Assembly (NCBI GenBank): GCA_018816445.1
Contig: JAHIVO010000014.1
Coordinates: 1-38,879 of the forward strand
Direction of reading: 5' to 3'
DNA length: 38,879 bases
Source of the DNA: Patescibacteria group bacterium
Lineage (GTDB): Bacteria > Patescibacteriota > Patescibacteriia > UBA10025 > JAHIVO01
Below the pieces are notes generated by a model. That model was given only the letters and a program-made list of their open reading frames with translations, made no database searches and was not told the DNA's origin. This document shows, piece by piece, positions 17,213 through 27,148 of the stretch (the stretch's first letter is position 1; every line of letters begins with the position of its first letter). The position numbers and the translations under genes were made by a program.

Positions 17213-20200
17213 ATGAATATTAAAAAGAATCATAAAAAGAATATGAATAATCCACCGATAGAGACTAAATCAGAGGTAAAAACAAATACTAAAGTTTTAA
17301 TAGCAGCTGCGGTGGTGGCTGGTTTGATTCTGGCGGCTGGATTATTAATCAGTTCAACTGGTACAAAGAATGATGATTCAAGTAAATCAGTGACTACTAA
17401 ACAGGTAGCTAAGGAAGTTAGTCCTGTTACAGAAGAAACAGGTGATACGGAGATTCCAACAGCTGATTTTACTCCTAATGAGATATTAGTAAAGTTCAAA
17501 ACCGGCGCAGATAAACAGCAGATAATAAATGATTTTTTTAGTCAGCCAGTTGGGCAGACATATGATACTCAAACTAATGAAGTTGTATATAATATTCTGA
17601 AAAAAGAAGCAGATACTGAAGAAGAAGAGACATATAGTGCTGAAAGGTATGAGGTTCGTGATGTAGAATTGAAAGTGCAGAACCAGTCTGCATTGTTTGA
17701 AAAACCTGAAAACCTGAGCGATGAAACAAAAGAGAGGTTAGCTAGCCGTGGCTTAAGTCAGGGTAGTCTGCTTAATTCTTTTAATTCAATTGGTTTGGGG
17801 CAATGGGAAAAGATTAAATTTAATAATGAAGAAGTAGATGTTATTAGCGTAATGAGGCAGTTAGAAGTGGTGGATGGCATTGAAATTGTTGAGCCAAATT
17901 ATATTGTTGAAGGGTTTTTAACCCCCAATGATACTTATTGGTCTACTTCAGGAGCCTGGGGCCAAGGTTATCGCGATTTGTGGGGCTTGCCTTCTATTAA
18001 TGTTGAAGACGCTTGGGATATTACAACCGGTAGTCCAAGTGTTTGGATTGCCGTGATTGATTCTGGAGTAGATTATAATCATCCGGATATTGATGATCAG
18101 GTTATTCAGGGTTATGATTATGTGAACGATGATGCTGATCCAATGGATGATTTAGGGCATGGTACTCATGTAGCAGGTACCATTGCTGCGGAATTAAACA
18201 ATAATGAAGGCATAGTAGGCGTTTGCCCGCATTGCAAGATTATGCCAATCAAATGTATTGACGAAAATAATCATGGTGTAATTGATGATATTGTTGCCGC
18301 GATAAATTTTGCTGTAATTATGCAAGCAGATGTTATTAACATGAGTTTGGGTGCAAGAGCAAGCGTGGAGGCCCTAGATGATGCCATTGAATATGCGCAT
18401 GCCCAAAATATTGTACTTATAGCTTCAGCCGGCAATGACAATAAAGATAACACACCTAATACGCCAGCTAGTAATTATAATGTAATTACCGTCGCTTCAA
18501 TTGATACTGATGATCAAAAAACGGATTTTTCCAGTTATGGAAAGATAGATGTTGCGGCCCCGGGAGGAAATAGTTATAACGAGAGTGATACAGAAAACAC
18601 TTATATAAATATTTTATCATTAAGGGCTGACAATACTGATTTGTATTTAGGATCCCCTGGCTATCCTCCAGGTAAGTTTTTTGTAGGTCCGAACGATAAT
18701 TACTACCGGGCTAGTGGTACATCAATGGCTGCTCCGCATGTAGCTGGTTTAGCAGGCTTAATATTATCCGTTCATCCAACATTTACGCCAGAACAAGTAA
18801 GGGGGGCAATTACGCAATCAGCCGTGGATATTATGAATGCAGGATGGGATATGTATTCTGGCCATGGGAAAATTGATTGTTTAGCTGCTTTACAGGTTGA
18901 TGATCCACTAGTGGCTAATATCAGCCATCCCGGCCAGCAGCTTAGCTTAATACCCGGCGAAACTAGTATTGAAATAATTGGTTCAGCTGGTGGAGGAGAT
19001 TTTAATCATTACACCCTTTCTTATTCAGTTTTTGGTGGTACAAATTTAGTTACTTTTGCCAGCTCAACTAATGAAGTTGATAATGATGTTTTGGGTACCT
19101 GGGATACTACGGGCAGAAAAGGATCTTACACTCTTTACCTTACTGTATATACTAATTCAAGCGGATCACGCTTTATGGAGAGGCATATCACGACTGGACA
19201 TGATTGGGTTTATGATATGGGTTATAATTGGTATTCTCAGGAGTTAGTAGCAGCAGATATTGATGCAAGTAGTCCAGGTAAGGAAGTGTTAGGGATTTAT
19301 GATCAATTTTATTCTGATCATAATAAAATTATTGCCCTGCGTACAGACGGCACCATGGTGCCGGGCTGGCCCATACTTTTTGATACCATAGGCAGTGAAA
19401 CAATATCCGGCTCACCAGCTATTGGTAATGTTGATGATGATAATTATCCGGAAATTGCATATTTTATCGGAAATTCCATATTTGTGTCTGAACATAATGA
19501 TGCAAATGGAAACGGAGAGATTGATTTGTATGATTACTGGCCAAATGTAGCCACCGGATATTTTATTGAATCATTAATACTGTATGATTTGGATAATGAT
19601 TCTCATTCAGAAGTAATAGGCATTAGCCGCACAGGCAGTAGTGGTTATTTGAATATTTACAATAAAGATGGTAATTCTTTCAGTCCTGGTGTCTGGCCTA
19701 AATCATACGACCTGCCAGTGACCACTCCGCCGGCCGTAGGCAATCTTGATAATGACGAAGAGGGTGAGATAGTGATTGGCGCAGGCGGATATGTTTACGC
19801 TTATAATCCAGATGGCAGTGATTTAAACAGTAATTGGCCGGTGCATATAAATAATACTTATAACTATCCTGTAAATGTCAACCTGGCTGACCTTGACCAA
19901 AACGGCAGTACGGAAGTCATTGCTTCTTTCCGAGAAAAAATTTACGTATTTGATTCTGCTACGGGGAATTTATATCCAGGAAGTTGGCCATTTGTTGTGT
20001 CTTATATCTTCCCCCCGACATTTTTAAGCGTGGTAGTTGGTGAAATTGATAGTACGGTTCCTGGCTTGGAGGTGGTAACCATACTTCAAGGTGGCACAGG
20101 CGATATGGGATTATATGTTTTAAAATCGGATGCGACTTTGCTGAATGCTAATTGGCCTTTGGGTTATCCGGTCATATCTTCTCATTTTAAACCTCCAACA

Positions 20201-21595
20201 CTAGCTGATTTAGATGGTAATGGGGAAATGGAAATATTACTTGATGATAATGTTTATGTATACGCATACAATAAAAATGCAGAAAGTTTCAGTTCTGCCT
20301 GGCCAAAAAGGTTCTCGGTTTCTGACTATGGGTTCCTTGTAGGCGGACATCCGCTGGTAGATGATTTAGACGGAAATGGTATGCAGGAAATGGTAAATTT
20401 TTCCATTCCAAATCAGGAGATTTTCCATATGAATTTAAGCACCAGCGGAAAAGCGGACTGGTCCATGTATTTCCACGACGCCCGCAGTACAGGTAATTAT
20501 AATTTCCCGAATCCGGTATATGTTGATGTAAGCAATGATGGCTATGAAGACGGAGGGTATGACAGTCCTTTTAACACAATCAGCGAGGCAGTGCAGGCGT
20601 CGCAGGAAGCCAGTACTATCTATGTGGGGCCTGGTGAATACCTGGTCCAGCCGGGAGAAGAGATAATAATGAAGGAGGGTCAGGTATTAAAAAGCAGTAA
20701 TGGATCTTTAGGTACTGTTATTCGCTGCAGTACTTCTAATGACTGTGTTAACCTGAGTAATTTTGATTCTGGTGGAGTAGAAGGGTTTACATTTATTGAC
20801 AGTACTGCCAGTAATGGGGCGATTCAAACAAATAATTCCGAGGTAGTCATTAAAAATAATGTTTTTATAAATTGCGGTGTTGGGGTATTGGTTAATAATG
20901 GAGCTGCTTTAATTGAGAACAACTCTATGTATAATCAACTATTTGGTATCGCGTTTTGGGGGCCAATTGATGCGACTGTAAGGAATAATATTTTAGTGGG
21001 CAACGGTAGTGGTGCTTCAGTAGGTTTATATCGTTTAGCCAATTTTGGTATTAATGGTGAGATTGGTTATAATAATATCTGGAATTTTAACCAGGCTTAT
21101 GCTGATTTTGATCTTGAAACTGAAGCAGATTATGATATCTCGGTTGATCCGCTATACGTAAATGCCGGCTTAAATAATCTACACCTTCAATTAGATTCCT
21201 TAAGTATTGATGCGGGTGATCCTAGCGATGATTATTCACAAGAGCCAGCACCAAATGGCAACCGGATTAACCAGGGTGCATACGGCAATACACTCGAGGC
21301 TACTACTTCAGATACGGGCGCTACTGGATGCACGGATTCGGATGGCGGGGTCAGTTATTATGTCAGCGGTACTTGCACTGATTCATCCGGCAGTTATTCA
21401 GATAATTGCATTGGCGAGGCTATTCAAGAAGCCTATTGTCCCAATGGCAGCGGCGGCGGATGTGCCTATATTGATACACCAATTACATGCGGAAACGGAT
21501 GTTCAGGCGGCGCTTGTGTACCTAGCGAAGGCGGCGGCTGTAATCCAGTCTTTGATAAAAGGTCCTGGTCCTGGATTCCCTGCGCGTCATCGTAG
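17213..21595 (+). CDS. Membrane-anchored S8 subtilase with FG-GAP-like repeats, a beta-helix region and a Cys-rich tail
   Basis: Triad IAVIDSG / HGTHVAG / GTSMAAPHVAG; DLDxNGxxE repeats; SPFNTISEAV and parallel beta-helix-like region; CTDSDGG tail; start may be 17243. Confidence 0.9.
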   Translation: MNIKKNHKKNMNNPPIETKSEVKTNTKVLIAAAVVAGLILAAGLLISSTGTKNDDSSKSVTTKQVAKEVSPVTEETGDTEIPTADFTPNEILVKFKTGADKQQIINDFFSQPVGQTYDTQTNEVVYNILKKEADTEEEETYSAERYEVRDVELKVQNQSALFEKPENLSDETKERLASRGLSQGSLLNSFNSIGLGQWEKIKFNNEEVDVISVMRQLEVVDGIEIVEPNYIVEGFLTPNDTYWSTSGAWGQGYRDLWGLPSINVEDAWDITTGSPSVWIAVIDSGVDYNHPDIDDQVIQGYDYVNDDADPMDDLGHGTHVAGTIAAELNNNEGIVGVCPHCKIMPIKCIDENNHGVIDDIVAAINFAVIMQADVINMSLGARASVEALDDAIEYAHAQNIVLIASAGNDNKDNTPNTPASNYNVITVASIDTDDQKTDFSSYGKIDVAAPGGNSYNESDTENTYINILSLRADNTDLYLGSPGYPPGKFFVGPNDNYYRASGTSMAAPHVAGLAGLILSVHPTFTPEQVRGAITQSAVDIMNAGWDMYSGHGKIDCLAALQVDDPLVANISHPGQQLSLIPGETSIEIIGSAGGGDFNHYTLSYSVFGGTNLVTFASSTNEVDNDVLGTWDTTGRKGSYTLYLTVYTNSSGSRFMERHITTGHDWVYDMGYNWYSQELVAADIDASSPGKEVLGIYDQFYSDHNKIIALRTDGTMVPGWPILFDTIGSETISGSPAIGNVDDDNYPEIAYFIGNSIFVSEHNDANGNGEIDLYDYWPNVATGYFIESLILYDLDNDSHSEVIGISRTGSSGYLNIYNKDGNSFSPGVWPKSYDLPVTTPPAVGNLDNDEEGEIVIGAGGYVYAYNPDGSDLNSNWPVHINNTYNYPVNVNLADLDQNGSTEVIASFREKIYVFDSATGNLYPGSWPFVVSYIFPPTFLSVVVGEIDSTVPGLEVVTILQGGTGDMGLYVLKSDATLLNANWPLGYPVISSHFKPPTLADLDGNGEMEILLDDNVYVYAYNKNAESFSSAWPKRFSVSDYGFLVGGHPLVDDLDGNGMQEMVNFSIPNQEIFHMNLSTSGKADWSMYFHDARSTGNYNFPNPVYVDVSNDGYEDGGYDSPFNTISEAVQASQEASTIYVGPGEYLVQPGEEIIMKEGQVLKSSNGSLGTVIRCSTSNDCVNLSNFDSGGVEGFTFIDSTASNGAIQTNNSEVVIKNNVFINCGVGVLVNNGAALIENNSMYNQLFGIAFWGPIDATVRNNILVGNGSGASVGLYRLANFGINGEIGYNNIWNFNQAYADFDLETEADYDISVDPLYVNAGLNNLHLQLDSLSIDAGDPSDDYSQEPAPNGNRINQGAYGNTLEATTSDTGATGCTDSDGGVSYYVSGTCTDSSGSYSDNCIGEAIQEAYCPNGSGGGCAYIDTPITCGNGCSGGACVPSEGGGCNPVFDKRSWSWIPCASS

Positions 21596-21639
21596 GATAA
21601 TAGGGCCGGTAATTTTAATCTCATTAAATTAATATAACT

Positions 21640-21670
21640 CCGGCCGGGATTACCCGGCCGGTTGTTGTTT
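21640..21670 (+). terminator. Intrinsic terminator after the subtilase gene
   Basis: CCGGCCGGG-ATTA-CCCGGCCGG followed by TTGTTGTTT. Confidence 0.7.
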
Positions 21671-21704
21671 GACAAAAAAACTTAAATAGACCTATTATAT
21701 GTAT

Positions 21705-22241
21705 ATGCTAGAAACAGGTATATATTTATTTTTACTATTGCTGATTTTCTTGATTTTCGGCTCAGCTGCTTATGCAGGACTGAAGGCTTCTCCCTGGCTG
21801 CCTGTCAAAGGTATTGATGTTGAACGGGTAATTAAACTGGCTGGAGTAAAGCCGGATGACGTTGTCTATGATTTAGGTTCGGGTGACGGGCGGATTATCA
21901 TTGGCATCGCAAATAATTCTGAAGCTACCATGATAGTCGGATATGAAATATCATTTATATTGTATGTCTGGTCAAAAATCCGCATCTGGTTTTTAGGTTT
22001 AAAACACCGCATTGAAATACGCGGAGTTGATTTTTTATCTCGTGACTTAAGCCAGGCCAGTGTGATTTTTGTTTTTTTAACGCCTATGGCCATGAAAAAA
22101 TTATCAACCAAATTTAAAAAAGAGTTGAGGCCGGGCACCCGGATAATTTCATACAGCTTTTCTTTGCCAGACTGGCAGCCGGTTGAAATTGACCGTCCCA
22201 ATAATAAGACCATCCCGATTTTTAAGTATGTGGTTGACTAA
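21705..22241 (+). CDS. Class I SAM-dependent methyltransferase with an N-terminal TM helix
   Basis: PWLP, VYDLGSGDGR, GYEIS, ELRPGTRIISYSF; alternative start at 21699. Confidence 0.88.
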   Translation: MLETGIYLFLLLLIFLIFGSAAYAGLKASPWLPVKGIDVERVIKLAGVKPDDVVYDLGSGDGRIIIGIANNSEATMIVGYEISFILYVWSKIRIWFLGLKHRIEIRGVDFLSRDLSQASVIFVFLTPMAMKKLSTKFKKELRPGTRIISYSFSLPDWQPVEIDRPNNKTIPIFKYVVD

Positions 22242-22338
22242 ATAGAAGTATTAGACTAAACTGGTAGTGAGAAAAATAATACAAAAATAAGCACAAATTA
22301 AATGCAAAAAATACAATAAAATAAAAGGAAATAAAATA

Positions 22339-22983
22339 ATGGCAAAACAAAATAAATTAGACCAAATACGAAAATTAATTGAAACTGCCCACGTCTCCCT
22401 GGTTAGCGCTAGGCAGCTTTTGGATCAGGTGGTTGGCAAGAAAGTAGAAAATACTGGAGGGGTGATTGAAATGGCCAAGGAACTCGGCAAGGAAGAAACT
22501 GATGGCAGTGAAAAGATTATTGAAGGTATTTTTGACGGTCAGAATATGATTGGTCCAGATGGCAAGCAATACAGTATTCCAGCCAATTATGCCTCAAAAT
22601 CAAAACTGGTGGTAGGTGATACATTGAAATTAACCATAAAAGAAGATGGCACTTTCTTGTATAAGCAGATAGGGCCCGTGGATAGGAATCGTTTGGTCGG
22701 AGTATTGGCCAAGGACGATATTACTGACGAGTATAGAGTAGTAGTCGGTGAGCAAGCTTTTAAAGTATTATTAGCAAGTGTAACTTATTTTAAAGGCGAT
22801 GCAGGCGATGAAGTAGTGATTCTAGTGCCTAAAGGCAAAGAGGTAGAATGGGCAGCCGTAGAAAATATCATCAAAACTCCGGCTGGTGCAGCTAAAGCAG
22901 CTGTCGCTGGAGAGCCGGAAGGGGAAGCTAAGGACGAGTCCCCGGCACAGGAAAAAGTTGAAGAAATTGATGATTTAACTTAA
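22339..22983 (+). CDS. Hypothetical protein (probably conserved)
   Basis: IIEGIFDGQNMIGPDGKQYSIPANYASKSKLV pattern recalled from CPR genomes; function unknown. Confidence 0.75.
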   Translation: MAKQNKLDQIRKLIETAHVSLVSARQLLDQVVGKKVENTGGVIEMAKELGKEETDGSEKIIEGIFDGQNMIGPDGKQYSIPANYASKSKLVVGDTLKLTIKEDGTFLYKQIGPVDRNRLVGVLAKDDITDEYRVVVGEQAFKVLLASVTYFKGDAGDEVVILVPKGKEVEWAAVENIIKTPAGAAKAAVAGEPEGEAKDESPAQEKVEEIDDLT

Positions 22984-23062
22984 TAGTTTGCTAGCTTTAC
23001 ACAATTTGCTTTTAGTAAATGATTATTATACAATATAATCACCAATCTTGGTGTATTTTTTT

Positions 23063-24658
23063 ATGTCTCAAGCTTTATATAGAAAATATCGGCCGCAAAC
23101 ATTTAATGATTTAGTCGGCCAAAATCCGATTAAAATTACGCTTCAGAATGAAGTTGAGCAGGATCGAGTTGCCCACGCTTATTTATTTTCCGGTCCTCGG
23201 GGTGTAGGCAAGACAACCACGGCTAGACTGCTGGCTAAGGCAGTTAACTGCCAAGACAAGAAAAGTTCTGAACCGTGTAATAAGTGTGATTTTTGTATGG
23301 AATTTTCCAGTGGCCGAGCCATGGATTTAATTGAAATTGACGCAGCTTCCCATACAGGCGTAGATAATGTGCGTGAGAATATCATAGAAAATTCACGTTT
23401 CACGCCGCAACGGACAAAGTATAAGGTGTTTATAATTGACGAAGTGCATATGCTGTCAGTTTCAGCCTTTAATGCCTTACTGAAAACACTTGAAGAACCG
23501 CCGGAGTATGTAATTTTCATTTTGGCCACTACAGAAATTCACCGCGTACCCGAAACGATTATTTCACGATGCCAGCGTTTTGATTTTAGGCGCGTATCGG
23601 TAGATGAATTAGTAAAGCGGCTCCAGCTTATCGCTAAAAAAGAAAAAATTACAATTGAGGACAGCATTCTGGAAAACATTGCTAAGCGTGCGGAAGGGTC
23701 TGTACGCGATGTGGAAGTGTTGCTTAGTCAGATAATGGCTTTAGGGGAGAAAAAAATCACTGAGGAAACAGCTTCATTGGTAATTCCCAGGTCAGATATG
23801 GCTCTGGTTATAGAATTTTTCAGGTCAATCGTCCAGCAGGACTCGCCAGCTGCCATAGCTTTAGTAAACCGCTTGGTTGAAGAAGGTGTAAATATCCAGG
23901 AGTTTACCAAGGACTTGATTGAATTTTTAAGAAAGGTATTATTATTAAAAGTATCAGATTCTTTGGATGAAATTATCAAGCTTGACTTGGACAAAAAAGT
24001 CCTGACTGATATTAAAAAATATATTTCATTAATCAGCACTGATCAGGTGATTAAAATGCTGGATACGATAATTTCCAGGTCAAGGGAAATTAAGTTTTCC
24101 AGTATTATCCAGCTTCCCCTGGAACTGGCTGCTGTGGAATTATGCGGTGTTAATAAGCCGGAAGCAGAATCAATAAAGGAAAAACAAAAGCCAGATGATG
24201 ACATGGCCAGCAGCGCTGGTCAATCTGATGAAAAAACTGCTACCAAGGGATCAGATAGTATGCTTAATAAACAAAGTAAAATACAGAATTTTTCACAAAT
24301 CGTTAAAATATGGCCTCAAATACTACAGCGTATAAAAGCGCATAATCATTCAATAAGCGTTTCTTTAAAAATTGGCACTCCGTTAAAATTAAAGGATAAT
24401 TCATTAGTGGTTGGATTTCAGCATAAGTTTCACGCTGATAGGTTGAATACCAGAAATATCAGAAAAATTATTGAGGATATTATCACGGAAATTACCGGCT
24501 TAAAAATTAAATACCAATCTTTAGTAGTAAGCGGGGATGAGCTGGAAAAATCAAAAAAAGAATTTACCAAGGCCACCCCAAAAAAAGAAAAGGACGAGGA
24601 AGTGTGGAACCAGGCTTTGCAGGTTTTTGGAGGAGAGGTAGTTGAGGAAGAAATATAG
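23063..24658 (+). CDS. dnaX: DNA polymerase III subunit gamma/tau
   Basis: LYRKYRPQTF, GPRGVGKTT, Zn module, EIDAAS, IIDEVHML, ISRCQRFDF. Confidence 0.97.
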   Translation: MSQALYRKYRPQTFNDLVGQNPIKITLQNEVEQDRVAHAYLFSGPRGVGKTTTARLLAKAVNCQDKKSSEPCNKCDFCMEFSSGRAMDLIEIDAASHTGVDNVRENIIENSRFTPQRTKYKVFIIDEVHMLSVSAFNALLKTLEEPPEYVIFILATTEIHRVPETIISRCQRFDFRRVSVDELVKRLQLIAKKEKITIEDSILENIAKRAEGSVRDVEVLLSQIMALGEKKITEETASLVIPRSDMALVIEFFRSIVQQDSPAAIALVNRLVEEGVNIQEFTKDLIEFLRKVLLLKVSDSLDEIIKLDLDKKVLTDIKKYISLISTDQVIKMLDTIISRSREIKFSSIIQLPLELAAVELCGVNKPEAESIKEKQKPDDDMASSAGQSDEKTATKGSDSMLNKQSKIQNFSQIVKIWPQILQRIKAHNHSISVSLKIGTPLKLKDNSLVVGFQHKFHADRLNTRNIRKIIEDIITEITGLKIKYQSLVVSGDELEKSKKEFTKATPKKEKDEEVWNQALQVFGGEVVEEEI

Positions 24659-24695
24659 ATTATAAAAAGATAGGCCAGGACTAAGTAGATATTAA

Positions 24696-24766
24696 TGCGG
24701 GATCGTCTAATGGTAGGACCGCGGATTCTGGATCCGCTAATCCAGGTTCGAATCCTGGTCCCGCAG
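24696..24766 (+). tRNA. tRNA-Gln (anticodon CTG)
   Basis: Acceptor TGCGGGA/TCCCGCA, anticodon arm GCGGA-TTCTGGA-TCCGC, T arm CCAGG-TTCGAAT-CCTGG; CCA not encoded. Confidence 0.95.
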
Positions 24767-24833
24767 GAAAACACATAGACATAATAGCCATACCGTTATA
24801 TAATAGTTAACGTCTATTATTGTTAATAAAAAT

Positions 24834-25214
24834 ATGGCTGATAATAAAAAAGTATTAATTATTGAAGACGAAGAATCTATCAGGATTGCCCTAAGAAAAA
24901 CATTTGCCGGGAGTGATATTTTATTGCTTGAAGCAGAGAATGGCGAAGTGGGATTAGAATTGGCTTTTAAAGAACATCCGGACCTTATAATTTTAGACAT
25001 TGTCATGCCCAAGATGCACGGCATTGATGCCCTGGATAAATTACAGGCAGATGAAAAAGGCAAAAATATTCCGATACTCATTCTTACAAACTATGCGGAT
25101 GATCCGCGCGTAAAAAAAGCAGTTGATATGGGCAGGGCAGAAATGATGAGTAAAACCGATTGTCATTTGGAAGATGTTGTTAAAAAAGTTAAAGAAAAGC
25201 TGGGTACTAGTTAA
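24834..25214 (+). CDS. Single-domain response regulator (receiver) 1
   Basis: LIIEDE, LIILDIVMPKMHG, LTN, SK. Confidence 0.92.
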   Translation: MADNKKVLIIEDEESIRIALRKTFAGSDILLLEAENGEVGLELAFKEHPDLIILDIVMPKMHGIDALDKLQADEKGKNIPILILTNYADDPRVKKAVDMGRAEMMSKTDCHLEDVVKKVKEKLGTS

Positions 25215-25411
25215 AAAATTCGCTTTGGATATAAATTATTTGAGGTGTTTTTATGATTGACAATATAAAAAAATTAGTGGTTTTATTACTCATTTTACCC
25301 TGCCACTATATTGTAAAATTATCTAATTAAAAATAGATGTACTATTAGTGTTTTTTTAAGATAATTCTGTTATAATAAATTACAGATATAAATTGAATAT
25401 TATAGAGAAGT

Positions 25412-25762
25412 ATGAATTTAATTTACGGTGTTGATTCCAGTAAAAAATTAACCCCTGAAGTCGTGCGCAATGCCATTGTCATATGTTTTGAACAGGCACA
25501 CGGAGAAGCTACAAAGTCCTCACTGGGAGATTTAGCCAAAGATCTTGGAGAGCAGGGAGTAGAAAAATTTACCAAAGCAAACATTGAAAGTATCGTGCGT
25601 AAAGCTTTTCGGGAAAGCGGTGGTGATTTTGAGTTACCTACTAAGGAATCAATTATTAAAGCCATGAACTGGCTGGCTGAATTTTCAAAAAGTTTTCGCT
25701 CTCCTGAAATTATCAAGATGCATTATAACGAAGTACTGAAATTAGTAAATAAACTCAAATAA
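25412..25762 (+). CDS. Small helical hypothetical protein in the receiver cluster
   Basis: IYGVD..TPEVVRNAIVICFEQAH..GGDFELPTKESI; upstream TG-T-TATAAT. Confidence 0.75.
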   Translation: MNLIYGVDSSKKLTPEVVRNAIVICFEQAHGEATKSSLGDLAKDLGEQGVEKFTKANIESIVRKAFRESGGDFELPTKESIIKAMNWLAEFSKSFRSPEIIKMHYNEVLKLVNKLK

Positions 25763-25767
25763 ATATT

Positions 25768-26142
25768 ATGAAAACCAAAAAAAAGACAATACTAATAGTA
25801 GAGGATGACCGGGCACAATTATGGGTAATTAAAAAAGCCCTGCAGCGGGAAAGTTATAATGTTTTAGCGGCCAGGAACGGAAAGGACGGATTATCTCTTG
25901 CGCTGAAAAAGCATCCTGATATGATATTATTAGATATTGTGATGCCTAAGATGGATGGAATTACTGTTCTTAAAAAATTGCGTGAAAATAAATGGGGGAA
26001 ACAAGTGCCAATAATTTTTTTAACAAATTGTAATTATCTTGACACCAAGGATGATATTAAGCAGAATTATGAGGATTATTTGATAAAATCCGACTGGTCT
26101 ATAGAGGCCATGGTAAAAAAAGTAAAAAAGGTGTTAAATTAA
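25768..26142 (+). CDS. Single-domain response regulator 2
   Basis: LIVEDD, ILLDIVMPKMDG, LTN, LIKSD. Confidence 0.92.
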   Translation: MKTKKKTILIVEDDRAQLWVIKKALQRESYNVLAARNGKDGLSLALKKHPDMILLDIVMPKMDGITVLKKLRENKWGKQVPIIFLTNCNYLDTKDDIKQNYEDYLIKSDWSIEAMVKKVKKVLN

Positions 26143-26146
26143 TAGT

Positions 26147-26530
26147 ATGGGAAATAATCAAAAAAAGTTATTATTAATCATAGATGACGAGGAACCAATT
26201 TGCAAAGCTATTGCAGATAGATTGGCTTTAGAAGGTTTTGAGGTGATCAAAGCTTTTGATGGTAATACAGGACTACAAATTGCGCGAGATAGGCACCCAA
26301 GTTTAATTATACTTGATATTTTAATGCCTAAAAAGCACGGCATTGAAATGCTCCGGGAATTGAGAAAAGATAAATGGGGGGAGAAAGTGCCGGTAATCAT
26401 TATTACCAATCTTCCTGAAGGTCCGGAAAAAAGGCAGGCTGAGGATGAGGGAGTTAGAGAGTTTATCGTAAAGTCTGATATAAAACTGGAAGATTTGGTA
26501 AAAAAAGTAAAACAAAATTTAAGTCTTTAA
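26147..26530 (+). CDS. Single-domain response regulator 3
   Basis: IIDDE, IILDILMPKKHG, ITN, IVKSD. Confidence 0.92.
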   Translation: MGNNQKKLLLIIDDEEPICKAIADRLALEGFEVIKAFDGNTGLQIARDRHPSLIILDILMPKKHGIEMLRELRKDKWGEKVPVIIITNLPEGPEKRQAEDEGVREFIVKSDIKLEDLVKKVKQNLSL

Positions 26531-26548
26531 TCAGTAAAAAATTATTTT

Positions 26549-26935
26549 ATGCCGGGTAGTACTCAAGTAAAAAAGATTCTTATTGTGGATGATGAGGAGC
26601 CAATTAGGGTTTTTTTACGCAGTAATTTAAAGAATGAAAATATTAATATTCTAGAGGCGTCCAATGGTGAGGATGGATTGTCGTTGGCATTAAAAGAGCG
26701 GCCTCAATTAATCCTGCTTGACGTGATCATGCCCAAAATGCACGGCATTGAAGTATTGAATAGGTTGCGGGGAGATGAATGGGGTAAAAATGTGCATGTA
26801 ATTTTGGTAACTAATTACGCCCAGGATCCCAGAGTGGTTGAAGCTATTGATAAAGATTTATGTGAGTTGCTGGAAAAAGGCAGATCAACTATTGAAGACA
26901 TTGTCAGCCGGGTAAAGGATATTTTGGAAATTTAG
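26549..26935 (+). CDS. Single-domain response regulator 4
   Basis: IVDDE, ILLDVIMPKMHG, VTN, LEKG. Confidence 0.92.
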   Translation: MPGSTQVKKILIVDDEEPIRVFLRSNLKNENINILEASNGEDGLSLALKERPQLILLDVIMPKMHGIEVLNRLRGDEWGKNVHVILVTNYAQDPRVVEAIDKDLCELLEKGRSTIEDIVSRVKDILEI

Positions 26936-27148
26936 AATGTTGGATTATTATACTTAATGACTCATATATTGAATTGAGGTTTATTAAGGGTTTCTACTTT
27001 TATGCCATAAACAGACAGTTTTTTATATATTTTTATTATTGCCGTCCCTAATGTCTTTGCTGCGTTTTTGTTTTAAAGGGTTGATTTTTAAGCTAATTTT
27101 TGCCATAATTACATTATAAGCTTAGTTTATTAGCTTATTTTGGGGGGT

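Noticed and set aside
24575-24600. dnaX programmed frameshift at an A7G run
   Set aside because: The run is near the 3' end rather than after domain III, no stimulatory hairpin is evident, and A-runs are common in this sequence.
24430-24774. ORFs 24430..24774 and 24737..25081 on the minus strand
   Set aside because: They are antisense to dnaX, the tRNA and a receiver gene.
24696-27148. Genomic island integrated at tRNA-Gln
   Set aside because: No integrase, and I found no duplicated tRNA 3' end downstream; AT-richness alone is not enough.
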